Assembly: GCA_032128175.1 (NCBI GenBank)
Contig: JAQBHC010000166.1
Coordinates: 1 to 55,403 of the forward strand
Reading direction: 5' to 3'
From: Chloroflexota bacterium
GTDB taxonomy: Bacteria; Chloroflexota; Limnocylindria; Limnocylindrales; CSP1-4
Length of the DNA stretch: 55,403 nt
The notes under the pieces were generated by a model. That model was not told the DNA's origin. It did not search any database and saw only the letters and a list, made by a program, of their open reading frames with translations. Below, one piece after another: positions 9,801 through 20,226 of this stretch. Numbering within the stretch: position 1 is the first letter of the stretch; every line of letters starts with the position of its first letter. A program made the position numbers and the translations under genes.

Positions 9801-11484
9801 GACGCGTCGCGCGGTGCGACTCCGCATCGGCGGGGAAGAACGCTGGATCGCGATCGAGGACGCGGGTCGCTACCGCGACGGCGTGGGCGCCGTCCCGCCG
9901 CAGGGAGTGCCCGAAGTCTTCCTGGCGCCCGTGTCTGGCGCGCTTGACGGGCTACTGGCGCGATGGGCGCGGACCCATGGCCCGTTCCTCGTCCCCGGCC
10001 CGGCCCGGCGCTGGGCACTTCCAGGCGCTGTGGTGGAGGACGCCCTGGGCCGCCTGGTCGCGGCCGGCACCCTCGTCAGGGGCGAGTTTCGGCCGGGTGG
10101 GAGCGAGCGTGAGTGGTGCGACCCAGAGGTCCTCCGGCAGCTCCGCCGCCGATCGCTGGCCCGTCTCCGGCACGCCGTGGAGCCGGTTGACCCGCAGGCG
10201 TTCGCTCGGTTCCTGCCTGCCTGGCAGCGGGTCGCCTCGACCGACACGGCCGACGCCCCACTGCGCGGGTCCGCGGCCCTGGAGCGCCTCGCCCAGGTCA
10301 TCGATCAGCTCTCGGGCGTCGCCATCCCGGCGTCGGTCCTGGAGCGCGACGTCCTGCCGGTGCGCATCCCCGGATATCAGCCCCGCATGCTCGACGAGCT
10401 GGGTGCCCTCGGCGAGGTGGCCTGGGTTGGTCGCGGCACACTCGGTCGCGACGACGGGCGCGTCGTGCTCTATCGACCGGGACGCGAATCCCTGCGACCG
10501 GTCGGCCCCCTGGACTCGATGACGATCCCCAAGGGACCAAGGCACGACGCGATCCGAGAGCACCTGGCTGGCCGCGGCGCCTCGTTCTACCGAGAGCTCT
10601 TCACGGCGGCCGGTGGCGGATCCGATCGCGACGTGCTCGACGCCCTGTGGGACCTGGTCTGGGCCGGGGAGGTCACGAACGACACATTCGCGCCGCTCCG
10701 AGCACTTCGCTGGAAACGACCGGCCAAACCATCGGGCCGGCCACGGGCGGGAAGGTTGACATCGCTCGGACCGCCCGAGGCCGCTGGTCGCTGGTCGCAG
10801 GTGGCCCGGCAGACCGGAAAGACCTCCGCCACGGAGCGGCTGCATGCCACCGCCCTGTCACTGCTGGACCGCCACGGCGTCCTGGTCCGCGAGGCGGTCA
10901 TGGCTGAGGACGTCGTCGGCGGCTTCGCAGGCGTCTATCCCATCCTGCGTGCACTCGAAGATGCTGGACGGATCCGGCGCGGTTACTTCGTCGAGGGGCT
11001 TGGGGCAGCGCAGTTCGCCCTGCCCGGCGCCATCGATCGCCTCCGAGCCGTCCGTGACGCCGCAACCGAGCGGTCCACCGTGGCAGCCGTTCACCTCTTG
11101 GCAGCGTCCGATCCCGCGAATCCGTACGGCGCCGCGCTGCCGTGGCCCCGTCGCGGCGAGGCGGATCGGCGACCCCTCCCGCGAGCCGCCGGCGCGTACG
11201 TCGTCCTCATCGATGGGGCTCCCGCGTTGTACGTGGAGCGCGGCGCTCGCACGCTGCAGACGTTACCTGCATTCGATCAGGCGGAGGTTGCGGGCGTCGC
11301 GGCGTCCACGCTTCGACTACTCGTCGGCGACGGCCGCGAGCGCGAGCTCGTCATCACTCGGGTAGATGGGCTTCCGGTCGCGGAGTCGCCGCATCGGGCG
11401 GCCCTCCTGGCCGCGGGATTCGTGGCCGGCTACCGCGGCCTCGTCCTGCGGCCGACGGGGACCGTGAGCGCGTCGGCCCGGTAA
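6865..11484 (+). CDS. lhr: Lhr-family ATP-dependent helicase, long form with C-terminal winged-helix/AlkZ-like region
   Basis: APTGSGKT, VIVDEVH, GLSAT, HHGS, QRVGRAGH, TSGGTIPDRG, C-terminal RRGYFVEGLGAAQF and DPANPYG. Start moved from 6433 to GTG 6865 (or ATG 6874), just after TACACT. Confidence 0.93.
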   Translation: MSSMTPSSPTTDQPDPLALFTPAARTWFEGAFERPTPAQAGGWGEIAAGRHTLIHAPTGSGKTLAAFLWCLDRLARHPTPPPTHEAPGGVRVLYVSPLKALTYDVERNLRAPLHGIALAAQQLGEPAPMITIASRTGDTPQEDRRRLAKSPPDILVTTPESLYLLLTSAAREGLRRVETVIVDEVHAMAGNKRGAHLALSLERLEALRGPDEPPLQRIGLSATQRPLETIARFLGGVGAGRDVAVVDAGSRKTLELEVVVPVEDMSRLGEIVTADSTGSATDGPVWRDDLRTSIWPAIHPRILELIRTHRSTIVFTNSRRLAERLAHRLNDLAGEELVRAHHGSIAREQRQEIEEALKDGRLPAIVATSSLELGIDMGAVDLVILVESPTSVASGLQRVGRAGHQIGEPSRGVLFPKFRGDLLEAAVVVGRMHEGAIETTVMPRNPLDVLAQQIVAMTVLEPWTVADLHAAVTRAAPFESLSREALEAVLGMLAGAFPSDEFAALKARIVWDRVTDVVEGRRDARVLAVTSGGTIPDRGLFGVFLAGEAGTPGRRVGELDEEMVYELRAGMHGDVIVLGASSWRILEITPDRVIVQPAPGVPGKLPFWKGDTIGRPIELGRAIGAFVREVEADLARGNSGRATVLKRFRAVHDLDDLAARNLIAYLEEELEVSGALPTDRRVVIQRFRDELGDWRLVILTPFGGRIHAPWTLAIEQRLRDRLGIDAQTIWSDDGIAIRLPDGEGDGGVGRLAEIEALLFPASDEVEELVVETVGSSALFASRFRENAGRALLLPRRRPGTRTPLWQQRQRSADLLAVAARHGSFPILVETYRECLSDVFDLDALREVLGAVERREILVHAVETTRASPFASSLLFDYVAAYMYEGDAPLAERRAGALALDRDLLRELLGQEELRELLDGEALADLELSLQALVDDRQAGTVDQVHDLLRRLGDLSGDEVEARVGGGSANARPWLDELQATRRAVRLRIGGEERWIAIEDAGRYRDGVGAVPPQGVPEVFLAPVSGALDGLLARWARTHGPFLVPGPARRWALPGAVVEDALGRLVAAGTLVRGEFRPGGSEREWCDPEVLRQLRRRSLARLRHAVEPVDPQAFARFLPAWQRVASTDTADAPLRGSAALERLAQVIDQLSGVAIPASVLERDVLPVRIPGYQPRMLDELGALGEVAWVGRGTLGRDDGRVVLYRPGRESLRPVGPLDSMTIPKGPRHDAIREHLAGRGASFYRELFTAAGGGSDRDVLDALWDLVWAGEVTNDTFAPLRALRWKRPAKPSGRPRAGRLTSLGPPEAAGRWSQVARQTGKTSATERLHATALSLLDRHGVLVREAVMAEDVVGGFAGVYPILRALEDAGRIRRGYFVEGLGAAQFALPGAIDRLRAVRDAATERSTVAAVHLLAASDPANPYGAALPWPRRGEADRRPLPRAAGAYVVLIDGAPALYVERGARTLQTLPAFDQAEVAGVAASTLRLLVGDGRERELVITRVDGLPVAESPHRAALLAAGFVAGYRGLVLRPTGTVSASAR

Positions 11485-14400
11485 CCGGCGCGTGCCACGG
11501 CTCGACGGAGCCGGGTCGCTCGAGCTCGGGCGGTCCGAGGCAGCAAGCCGTCGGCGATCTGGGTCTGTGCGAGCTGATCGATCAGTCGATCCGACACCGG
11601 CCCGTCAAGCCACTCGACCCCCTCCCATGCATGGACGCCAAGCCCTGCCCGGACGATCGGATCGCGCACCCACGCTGCGAGGCGCGCCCGGACCGGCGCG
11701 GGAGCATGCGCCGCCGCCACGAGGGCGAGAGCTTCGGCGGTCACGCCACGGGCGGCTTCCGGGTCGAGGCCATGGCGCATGCCCGAAGCGGCGTCGATCA
11801 ATGGCCCCAGGCGAAGGTCAGTCATGACGGACAGCCCGAAGGCGGCGCTGATCGGGCTGATGACGAGCCAGGAATCAAGCACGGCCGCGTCGCGGCCGGT
11901 CCGGGCGACCCGGGCGATGGCCTGACGGCGCCGAATCGCCTCAGCCATGATGTCAGCCTGCCCAGCGGAATCGACTCTCGTCGCGCCGGCCGCGGCAATC
12001 GCGTCGAGCGCGGCGGGCAGCCGCGCCAGGTCGGTGATCGCCTCGCGGACTGCGCTGTGCACCGGCGCGAGTTCGAGGTCCCGCAAGGCGTCGTCAAGGC
12101 TGGGCACCCCGCCGTCCCCGATATCCGCTGCGAGACGACTCCACGGCTGGCCCTCCGTCTCGCGGAGCTCTCGGAAACCGGTCAGGACGTGGCATCGATA
12201 GGCATCGAGCGAGAGGCGTAATCCGCCGTCGCGGAGACGCGCCGCCGGAACGATGTACTCGAGGCTCGCGCGCTCGTCGCGGAATCCGATCAGGACACCC
12301 GGATCCGTGCTGATCCCCAGCCCGTCGGCCAGCGATCTCCTCGACTGTGTCTTGGTCCCGTCGGACTGCTTGACCGCGAACGGGACCGACTCGCGGAGGG
12401 TGCCGGTGGTATCGCCGAAGCGGTTGTGGAACACGATCAGCGAGCGAGTCTCGCCGGTTCCGTTCGAATAGGCGAAGACGTTCTGGTCCACGGAACCGTC
12501 GTCGCGGATGAAGTCGTAGAGCAGGAAGTCGTGGGCCTCGGCGAACATCGCGCGACGATGGACGAGAGGAAACAAGAGCTGTTCGTGTCGCCGGACGAGC
12601 CCCTCGTCGGGGCGCTCATCGAGGCGGGCGCGGCGGAACTCCATCCCGTACTTCTCGTTGAAGCCCTCCACCTGACCGTGCCCGAGCATCGGCAGACCGG
12701 GGAGTGTCATGAGCAGCGTGGCCACGCCGAGGTACTTGTCACCGGAACCGAACTGCTCGAGCGCCGACTCCTCGTCGGGGTTGCTCATGAAGTTCACGTA
12801 GCGCTTGAGAATGTCCGGGTCGAATTCGAGCGTGTCCCGGATGACCTTGCGATAGCCGGCATTGTCCTCGTCGCGGAGCATATGCATGAACGCGCTGTTG
12901 TAGACCCGGTGCATCCCGAGCGTCCGCACGAAATAGCCTTCCAGGAGCCAGAACGCCTCCGCCAGGAGCAGCGTGTCGGGCACTTCGGCCGCGACTCGAT
13001 CGACGACCTCGCGCCAGAATTCGGTCGGCATCAACTTGCTGAAGGCGGCCTTGCGCATCGCGTGTTCGGCGCGTGACGGGATGCCGTCGCCGGCGCCGGG
13101 TTCGGGCCACCACAACCGCTCGACGTGCTTTCGGGCCAGGACCATCGCGGCGTCGAACCGGATCACCGGGAACCGACGGGCAACCGCGAGGATCGTCTGG
13201 ATGACCTGCTCGCGGACCTCGGCTTTGATGAAGTCGAGTTGGGCCGTGTCGTTCCAGGGGAAGCTCGTGCCGTCGTTGCCGTGGTAGATGTAGCGGCTCA
13301 CGCCGGACGCATGATCGTGGTGCTTGAACACGACCGCGGCATCTGTCGCGTCCCAGTAGTGATCCTCGAGGACAATCGAGACTCGCCCATCGGGTGACAG
13401 GTCCGGTCCGTTGAAGCTGTAAGCCGGATACGGCGGCTCCGTTACGGACAGGAACCAATCCGGGTGCTCGATCACCCAACGCGAGTCGATGCCCATGTGG
13501 TTGGGGACCATGTCGCTGGCGAGGCGAATGCCGCGCGCCCAGGCACGATCCCGCAGGTCTGCATATGCCGTCTCGCCGCCGATGTCGTCGGCGATCCGGT
13601 AGTCATCGAGCGAATAGGCTGATGCCACGGCATCAGGGTTGCCGCGCCGGCGCTTGATCGTCTCCGACGCGACAGATCGCTGCCACAGACCGATCAGCCA
13701 CAGGCCCGTTACGCCCCATCCGCGAAGCCGGTCGAGCTCTTCGTCGGGGATGGCATCGAGCGTCCGGATGTCGCGTTCGTAGCTCTTCGAGAGCTGGTCA
13801 AGCCAGACATAGGTGGCCTTGGCCATGAGGACGAGCCGCGGCATCCAGTCGGAGTCCGTGCTGAATCGTTCAACCTCTGCATCGAGACCGGCGAACTCGG
13901 GTCCGTCTCGGGGCTTGTCGCCGGGTCCGCCGCCACCGCCGAACCGGAGATGAAGTCCGCGCTCCTCCTCAGCCAGGACGCCGATGGCGATGTCGAGCCG
14001 GTCGAGAAGCCCGCCGAGGTCATCCCCGAGGAGGGCCGGCCAGTTCTCCCGGATATAGCGAAGTTGACCGGCGAGTGAGGTCGGGGCATGTCGGGCCGGC
14101 GCACGCAGCAGGTCCAGGATGTTCTCGGCCGCCCGCCCCCCGTCGCCGGCCCCGGGGACCGGTCCGGCCGCGACGAGCAGCGCTTCCAACTCCACGACCG
14201 CGCGTCCGTAGCTCGCAGACCTGGCGAGCGGGCTGTCATCGACGAGTTCGCGGAGCGGTCCCAGGGCGGGGTTCTCGTTGGCGAGGCGCGTCAGGATCAA
14301 CTCACCGACGATGCTGGCCGCGTCCTCGGGCTCGGCCAGCCGCGCGGGGAACGTCCTGGCGAATTCGTCGAGGATGCGATCGCCGTCGCGACCGAGGCGG

Positions 14401-14696
14401 GCACGAAGGCCCTCGACCGCACGCTCCCGTGCCCGCGGAACGGCCGTGGCTTCGAAACGCTCGACCAGGAGGTGGGCGATCTCGTGCAGCAGGCTGAGTG
14501 CCGCCACGTCCCCGGCCTGTACCGACGCGGCCCCGGGCGCCCGCGCTGCGTTCATCTGGGCCGCGACGGTCCGCGCTGCCGCGCCGTCAGCCAGGCTTAC
14601 ATCGCCACGAGCCCCCGTGGGCGCGGCATCTATGCCGTAGCGGGACTGCGCGCCGCGAGCGACGCGGAGACCCGCCGCGCCGGTGCGCTCGTTCAT
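11430..14696 (-). CDS. Large GH13 alpha-amylase-family protein
   Basis: DMVPNH, IRFDAAM (nucleophile), LLAEAFW (acid/base), FMSNPDE; start overlaps the treS stop (ATGA). Confidence 0.88.
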   Translation of the reverse strand: MNERTGAAGLRVARGAQSRYGIDAAPTGARGDVSLADGAAARTVAAQMNAARAPGAASVQAGDVAALSLLHEIAHLLVERFEATAVPRARERAVEGLRARLGRDGDRILDEFARTFPARLAEPEDAASIVGELILTRLANENPALGPLRELVDDSPLARSASYGRAVVELEALLVAAGPVPGAGDGGRAAENILDLLRAPARHAPTSLAGQLRYIRENWPALLGDDLGGLLDRLDIAIGVLAEEERGLHLRFGGGGGPGDKPRDGPEFAGLDAEVERFSTDSDWMPRLVLMAKATYVWLDQLSKSYERDIRTLDAIPDEELDRLRGWGVTGLWLIGLWQRSVASETIKRRRGNPDAVASAYSLDDYRIADDIGGETAYADLRDRAWARGIRLASDMVPNHMGIDSRWVIEHPDWFLSVTEPPYPAYSFNGPDLSPDGRVSIVLEDHYWDATDAAVVFKHHDHASGVSRYIYHGNDGTSFPWNDTAQLDFIKAEVREQVIQTILAVARRFPVIRFDAAMVLARKHVERLWWPEPGAGDGIPSRAEHAMRKAAFSKLMPTEFWREVVDRVAAEVPDTLLLAEAFWLLEGYFVRTLGMHRVYNSAFMHMLRDEDNAGYRKVIRDTLEFDPDILKRYVNFMSNPDEESALEQFGSGDKYLGVATLLMTLPGLPMLGHGQVEGFNEKYGMEFRRARLDERPDEGLVRRHEQLLFPLVHRRAMFAEAHDFLLYDFIRDDGSVDQNVFAYSNGTGETRSLIVFHNRFGDTTGTLRESVPFAVKQSDGTKTQSRRSLADGLGISTDPGVLIGFRDERASLEYIVPAARLRDGGLRLSLDAYRCHVLTGFRELRETEGQPWSRLAADIGDGGVPSLDDALRDLELAPVHSAVREAITDLARLPAALDAIAAAGATRVDSAGQADIMAEAIRRRQAIARVARTGRDAAVLDSWLVISPISAAFGLSVMTDLRLGPLIDAASGMRHGLDPEAARGVTAEALALVAAAHAPAPVRARLAAWVRDPIVRAGLGVHAWEGVEWLDGPVSDRLIDQLAQTQIADGLLPRTARARATRLRRAVARAGYRADALTVPVGRRTRPR

Positions 14697-17600
14697 CCGC
14701 CCAGCAACTGGAGGATGCCGCGGATGGGGATGGCCACCCAGTCGGGCCGATTGTTGAGTTCGTAGGTGAGTTCGTAGCAGGCCTTCTCTAGCATGAACGC
14801 ATCGAGGAGCGCCGCCCAGTCGCTATCGTCCGCGGGCAGGAATGGAGCGCCCTGGGTGGCCTCGCGGTAGCCCGCCAGGAAGGTGGCGCCGACCCAGCGG
14901 TTCCAGCTGCGGACCCAGCCGTCGAGCGCTTCGACGTCCTCGGGCCGGATTTCCGCGCCCATCTCGGCTCGCAGCAACGACCCGTAGCTGGCGTAATGGA
15001 ACGAGCGCAGCATCCCCGCGACGTCGCGCAGTGCAGAGCGCTTGAGGCGACGCTCGCTCAACGGACGCGTCGGCTCGCCCTCGAAGTCGATGATGATCAG
15101 GTCACGGCCGGTGTTGAGGATCTGCTCGGCGTGCAGGTCGCCGTGGGTCCGGATGCGCATTCCGCCGAACTTGTGACTGAGCAGCACGCGCAGCCGGGCG
15201 TCGATGGCGTCCCGTCGCTCCAGGACCGCCGCGGCATCGGTCGCGGCCTCCGCCGGCAGGGTGTCCAGCCGGCGCTTGAGAAGGTCCAGGCTGCGCCGGG
15301 TGGATCCGCCGATGGACTGGAACAGCGAGCGCTGGTAGAGCTCACTGAACGGTTCCGGCTTGAACGCCGCATCGCCCCCAGCGCCGGCGAGGGCTGCGTG
15401 CAGCTCTCCGGTTCTGATTCCGGCGAGACGCGCCGTCTCCAGATACGCGTCGATCGCGGTGTGAACATCGGGCGGGGGCGTCTCGCGTGAGGCGCGGATC
15501 AGGCTTGCTGGATCAAGCCCCTGGCCATCTGCGCGGCGAGGTTCAGCCGCGGCGCGCTCGAAGAACCCGCGCAACTCATCGAGCGTGTGCATGAACAGGT
15601 TGCCCTGGTTGGGGACGAAGGCGTTGACCAGGGCCGCCGTCATCGCCGGCCCGCCGTCCGGCCGATAGTCCAGGGATCCCGCGACGAGCGGCGTCTGCTG
15701 GAAGCCACGCTCGGTCAGGGCCCGGCCAACTTCGAGGTCCGGATTGATGCCCGGCTGGGTCACCCGATACAGCTTGAGGATCGCCCGATCTCCGAAGATG
15801 ATCGAACTGTTGCTCTGCTCTCCGCGAATCGGCGTCGGTACCAGGCCCGTTCGATCACTCCCGACGACGGGCCTGAATGACTTCTCGGGCTTGCCCACCA
15901 GTTCGCCGACTCGTCCTCGCAGGCGCTTCTTCCCGCCGATGGCATCGAGCAGCGCCGTCATGAACGCCGGGTCAACGGTAGCGTCAAGAAGCACATTCTC
16001 GGTCCGGCGCCCGTTTGGCGCCGCAAGCCGGGCGATCGCCGCGTGGGGGTTGGCTTCGATCACGGCCGCTGCCTCGCGGGCCCCCATGATCGTGAGTGGG
16101 ATGAGATAGAGCTCGGGGTCGCCCTCCGTGTAGGCAACATCGACGAGGACGACACCGGCCGATCGGTCGCCGACGGGCACCGGCACGACATCCCGCACGG
16201 TGAACCCCTTGACCCGTCGGGTCCGGCTCCGGAACCAGCGTCGATCGCGGACCCAGGGCGTCAGGACGGCGATGATGGCTCGCGAGCCGGCACCCTCGAA
16301 CAGAGCGCCAACGGAGCTCGACGCCGGAAGGAGAGGCAGTTCACCGGGTGCTGCGCCGGCAGCCGTCTCGACGGCGGGCGCCTCAAGCGCGAACCACATG
16401 AAGGCATGTGGGCCCAGCGCCAGCACATACGGGCTCTCGCCCACGGTCGGGAATTCGACGCGGCCCATGAGCTCCACGGGCACATGTCCGACGAATTCGG
16501 ACAGATCCAGTTCGACCGGCTGAACGAAGCGCGACAGGTTCGCCACGACCAGCAGCGTCTGACCCTCGTGGCGGCGCACGAACGCGAGGATCCGGTGGTT
16601 TTCCGGATGAAGGAATTCGAGGGTCCCGCGGCTGAACGCGGGGTGCCGCTTGCGCAGGTCGATGAGCCGCTTCATCCACCACAGCAGCGACTGCGGATTG
16701 GCCTGCTGAACCTCGACGTTGACGGCCTCGTAGTGATATTCAGGGTCGACGATGACCGGCAGGTAGAGCTGCTGCCGGTTCGCACTCGAGAAGCCGGCAT
16801 TGCGGTCACCGTTCCACTGCATCGGGGTTCGGACACCGTTCCGGTCACCAACGAAGACGTTGTCGCCCATCCCGATTTCATCGCCGTAATAGAGGACCGG
16901 CGTGCCGGGCAGGGAGAACAGGAGACCGTTCATCAGCTCGATCCGGCGGCGGTTGTTGCCGAGGAGCGGACTGAGCCGGCGGCGGATGCCGACGTTGATC
17001 CGCATCTGCGGATCGTGGGCATAGGCGCGGTACATGTAGTCCCGCTCCTCGTCGGTAACCATCTCGAGCGTCAGCTCGTCGTGATTGCGCAGGAACATCG
17101 CCCACTGGGCGTTCTCGGGGATTGCGGGGGTCTGCTCCATGATGTCCACGATCGGGAGCCGATCCTCCGACCGGACGGCCATGAACATGCGCGGCATGAC
17201 CGGGAAGTGGAACGCCATGTTGCACTCGTCGCCGTTGCCGAAGTATTCGACCGAGTCCTCGGGCCATTGATTGGCCTCGGCGAGGAGCATCCGTCCCGGG
17301 AACTCGCGGTCGATGTGCTTGCGCAGCTTCTTCAGGAACGCGTGCGTCTCGGGCAGATTCTCGCAGTTCGTACCCTCGCGCTCGTAGAGATACGGGATCG
17401 CGTCAAGGCGCAGGCCATCGACGCCCATGGCCAGCCAGAAGTCCATCGCCTTGATAACCGCGTCATGGACGGCCGGGTTGTCGAAGTTCAGATCCGGCTG
17501 GTGCGAGAAGAACCGGTGCCAGTAGTAGGCCCCCGCGGTCGCGTCCCAGGTCCAGTTCGACGTCTCGGTGTCGGTGAAGATGATTCGCGCGTCGGCGTAG

Positions 17601-18067
17601 CGGTCCGGTGTATCGCTCCAGACATAGAAATCGCGAGCGGCGCTGCCCGGCTTCGACCGGCGTGCCTTCTGGAACCAGGCGTTCTGATCGGACGTGTGGT
17701 TGCACACGAGTTCCGTGATCACGCGCAGACCGCGTGCGTGGGCCCCGCGAATGAACGCCTTGACGTCGCGCAGGTCGCCGTAACTCGGATGCACGCCGGT
17801 GAAGTCGGCGATGTCGTAGCCGTCGTCGCGCAGCGGGGATGGATAGAACGGCGGGATCCAGATCGCCGTGACACCCAGGTCGCGGATGTAGTCGAGCTTC
17901 TCGGTCAGGCCGCGGAAATCGCCGATCCCGTCGCCGTTGCTGTCCCGATAGGCGCGAACGGGCACCTCGTAGATGATCGCGTCCTTGTACCAGAGGGCCT
18001 CCGCGCCGATGGGCTTGCTCTTCGCCGCTCGCGTCGAGCGCGTCACTGCCGGGCTCCTCGCGGCCAT
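14693..18067 (-). CDS. treS: Trehalose synthase TreS fused to maltokinase (Pep2/Mak)
   Basis: [36 protein letters not shown]; C-terminal kinase motifs [23 protein letters not shown]. Confidence 0.96.
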   Translation of the reverse strand: MAARSPAVTRSTRAAKSKPIGAEALWYKDAIIYEVPVRAYRDSNGDGIGDFRGLTEKLDYIRDLGVTAIWIPPFYPSPLRDDGYDIADFTGVHPSYGDLRDVKAFIRGAHARGLRVITELVCNHTSDQNAWFQKARRSKPGSAARDFYVWSDTPDRYADARIIFTDTETSNWTWDATAGAYYWHRFFSHQPDLNFDNPAVHDAVIKAMDFWLAMGVDGLRLDAIPYLYEREGTNCENLPETHAFLKKLRKHIDREFPGRMLLAEANQWPEDSVEYFGNGDECNMAFHFPVMPRMFMAVRSEDRLPIVDIMEQTPAIPENAQWAMFLRNHDELTLEMVTDEERDYMYRAYAHDPQMRINVGIRRRLSPLLGNNRRRIELMNGLLFSLPGTPVLYYGDEIGMGDNVFVGDRNGVRTPMQWNGDRNAGFSSANRQQLYLPVIVDPEYHYEAVNVEVQQANPQSLLWWMKRLIDLRKRHPAFSRGTLEFLHPENHRILAFVRRHEGQTLLVVANLSRFVQPVELDLSEFVGHVPVELMGRVEFPTVGESPYVLALGPHAFMWFALEAPAVETAAGAAPGELPLLPASSSVGALFEGAGSRAIIAVLTPWVRDRRWFRSRTRRVKGFTVRDVVPVPVGDRSAGVVLVDVAYTEGDPELYLIPLTIMGAREAAAVIEANPHAAIARLAAPNGRRTENVLLDATVDPAFMTALLDAIGGKKRLRGRVGELVGKPEKSFRPVVGSDRTGLVPTPIRGEQSNSSIIFGDRAILKLYRVTQPGINPDLEVGRALTERGFQQTPLVAGSLDYRPDGGPAMTAALVNAFVPNQGNLFMHTLDELRGFFERAAAEPRRADGQGLDPASLIRASRETPPPDVHTAIDAYLETARLAGIRTGELHAALAGAGGDAAFKPEPFSELYQRSLFQSIGGSTRRSLDLLKRRLDTLPAEAATDAAAVLERRDAIDARLRVLLSHKFGGMRIRTHGDLHAEQILNTGRDLIIIDFEGEPTRPLSERRLKRSALRDVAGMLRSFHYASYGSLLRAEMGAEIRPEDVEALDGWVRSWNRWVGATFLAGYREATQGAPFLPADDSDWAALLDAFMLEKACYELTYELNNRPDWVAIPIRGILQLLGG

Positions 18068-20085
18068 CAGCCTTGCCCGCGTATGTGCAGGACGCGCGCC
18101 GGGAGAACGGCCGGATCGATCTCGATCGCGATTCGGTCACCTGTCCAGCTCTCGACAGTGCCGCTGAACAGATCCTCGACCTCATAGGCCCGCTCGGGAT
18201 CAAGCCCCAGAGCTGCGAGATCAATGAGGAGCGCTCCGCTTCGAATCTCGTTCGGGGCCAGGCTGACGATCGTAAGGATCCGATCCGAGCCGTCGGCGGT
18301 CGACTTCGAGTAGGCGATGAGCTGCTCGTCGTCGATCTCGTGGATCGTCAGACCTGCGTTCGACTGGAGTGCCGGATGCTCGCGCCGGATCTGGTTCATG
18401 CGTCGGATGAGCGGGGCAATGCTCGTGGCACTGTCGAGGTTCCATGTCCGCTGCTCGTACTTCTCCGAGTTCAGGTACTCCTCGCTGCCCGGCTCCCGCG
18501 GCGTGTTCTCGCCGAGCTCAAAGGGCGGTCCGTAGATGCCGATATTCGACGATGACGTCGCGGCGAGGATGTAGCGCGCCTGGAACATCGACCGGCCGCC
18601 CTCCTGGAGCGTGGCGTGGAGGATATCGGGCGTGTTCGGCCAGAAGTTCGGCCCGAAGAATTCGGACACCGGCGGGCGCGAGAGTTCCGTGAAATAGCGC
18701 GCCAGTTCATCCTTCGCCGTCCGCCAGGTGAAATACGTGTACGACTGCGTGAAGCCCACCTTGGCCAGGCGGTACATGACCTTGGGTCGAGTAAACGCCT
18801 CTGCGAGGAACAGGACCTCGGGATGGTCGGCCTTGATCCGGGCGATCGCCCACTCCCAGAACGGGAACGCCTTGGTATGCGGATTGTCGACCCGGAAGAT
18901 GTGGACGCCCTGCGCGATCCAGAACCGGAAGATGCCCTCAAGCGCGGTCCATAGGCCGGACCAGTCGTCCGATTCGAAGTCGAACGGATAGATGTCCTGA
19001 TACTTCTTCGGCGGGTTCTCGGCGTACTGGACCGTACCGTCGGGCCGCTGTCGGAACCAGCTCGGATGCTCACGCACCCAGGGATGGTCGGGCGACGCCT
19101 GGAACGCGATGTCGAGGGCGATGGCAACGCCGCGTGCCTCGGCGGTCCCGACAAGCGCGCGGAAGTCCTCGAGCGTGCCCAGGTCCGGGTGGATCGCCCC
19201 GTGCCCACCGTCGGCAGAGCCGATCGCCCACGGGACCCCGAGGTCCGACGTCTTCGCCTCGGTGACATTGTTCGGGCCCTTGCGGAACGCCAGGCCGACC
19301 GGATGGATCGGCGGCAGGTAGAGCACATCGAATCCGAGATCGATGATGTAGGGCAGGCGGGCGACGACGTCACGAAACGTGCCGTGCCGCTTCGGGTCCG
19401 GTGAGGCGGATCGAGGGAACAGCTCGTACCAGGTCGAGAAGCGGGCCAGGGCCGGCTCGACGATCACCTCGAGTGCGGGAGCGTTGACGGTTTCGTGGGC
19501 ACGATCGCTGTAGGCACGCATCAGTGCGTCAAGGCCATCATCGAGGGCGCGGCCCACCGGGTCAGTGGCCGGCCGCTCAGCTCGGAGTTCTGAGGCCCAG
19601 TATTCAAGGCTTCTGGCGTCATCGTCTGCGTCGAGCGTCCGGGCCCGCGCCGAAGCGCCGTCGATCAGCCCGGCACCGGTCAGGAGGTCGACGCCGATGT
19701 CCTGTCCGGCCTCGAGTCGCTTGCGCAGGTCGCGGCGCCACGTCGCCCAGGGATCCGTCCAGGCGGCCACTGTGTAGGCGTGCCGGCCCAGGGATCCAAG
19801 CCCGAGTGATGCCCCCCAGCGGTCGTTGCCGAGTTCGTCCATCGGGAGCTCGGTCCACGCTGTCTCGCCAGGAGCTCGATGCATGAGAACGACCGACACG
19901 ACGTCATGCCCGTCGGCGAAGGCGTCCGCCTCGACAGTGAGCACATCGCCGATGACCCGCTTTACCGGGAAGAGGCCGCCATCCACGCTCGGCGAGATCG
20001 CCTCGATGATGGCGCGTCGGCGCCCGTCGTCGGGCAGTCTGACCTGCAATGGGGTCGCCCCCGGGACAGCGGCATTCGCGCGCAT
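18067..20085 (-). CDS. glgE: Alpha-1,4-glucan:maltose-1-phosphate maltosyltransferase
   Basis: [53 protein letters not shown]. Start 20085 or 20127; stop overlaps the treS ATG. Confidence 0.96.
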   Translation of the reverse strand: MRANAAVPGATPLQVRLPDDGRRRAIIEAISPSVDGGLFPVKRVIGDVLTVEADAFADGHDVVSVVLMHRAPGETAWTELPMDELGNDRWGASLGLGSLGRHAYTVAAWTDPWATWRRDLRKRLEAGQDIGVDLLTGAGLIDGASARARTLDADDDARSLEYWASELRAERPATDPVGRALDDGLDALMRAYSDRAHETVNAPALEVIVEPALARFSTWYELFPRSASPDPKRHGTFRDVVARLPYIIDLGFDVLYLPPIHPVGLAFRKGPNNVTEAKTSDLGVPWAIGSADGGHGAIHPDLGTLEDFRALVGTAEARGVAIALDIAFQASPDHPWVREHPSWFRQRPDGTVQYAENPPKKYQDIYPFDFESDDWSGLWTALEGIFRFWIAQGVHIFRVDNPHTKAFPFWEWAIARIKADHPEVLFLAEAFTRPKVMYRLAKVGFTQSYTYFTWRTAKDELARYFTELSRPPVSEFFGPNFWPNTPDILHATLQEGGRSMFQARYILAATSSSNIGIYGPPFELGENTPREPGSEEYLNSEKYEQRTWNLDSATSIAPLIRRMNQIRREHPALQSNAGLTIHEIDDEQLIAYSKSTADGSDRILTIVSLAPNEIRSGALLIDLAALGLDPERAYEVEDLFSGTVESWTGDRIAIEIDPAVLPARVLHIRGQG

Positions 20086-20164
20086 CTGATCGAGAATAGA
20101 ACCTCCCTGGATCGTGCATCGGGGCATATGCCGACTGTGGGATGGCGGGTCGGGTGCTCCCGCG

Positions 20165-20194
20165 ACCCTAGGCCACGGCCAGAGCGAGTGTCAA
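20165..20194 (-). promoter_or_regulatory. Putative sigma70-type promoter for glgE-treS-GH13
   Basis: Minus strand TTGACA (20194-20189), 18 nt spacer, TAGGGT (20170-20165). Confidence 0.5.
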
Positions 20195-20226
20195 ACGTCG
20201 GGCCCTCCAGCCCGAGGCGTTCTGCC

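Noticed and set aside
11430-11484. Convergent 3' overlaps (lhr/GH13, also 5076-5139) as antisense regulation
   Set aside because: Short tail overlaps are common where stop codons are rare in high-GC genomes.
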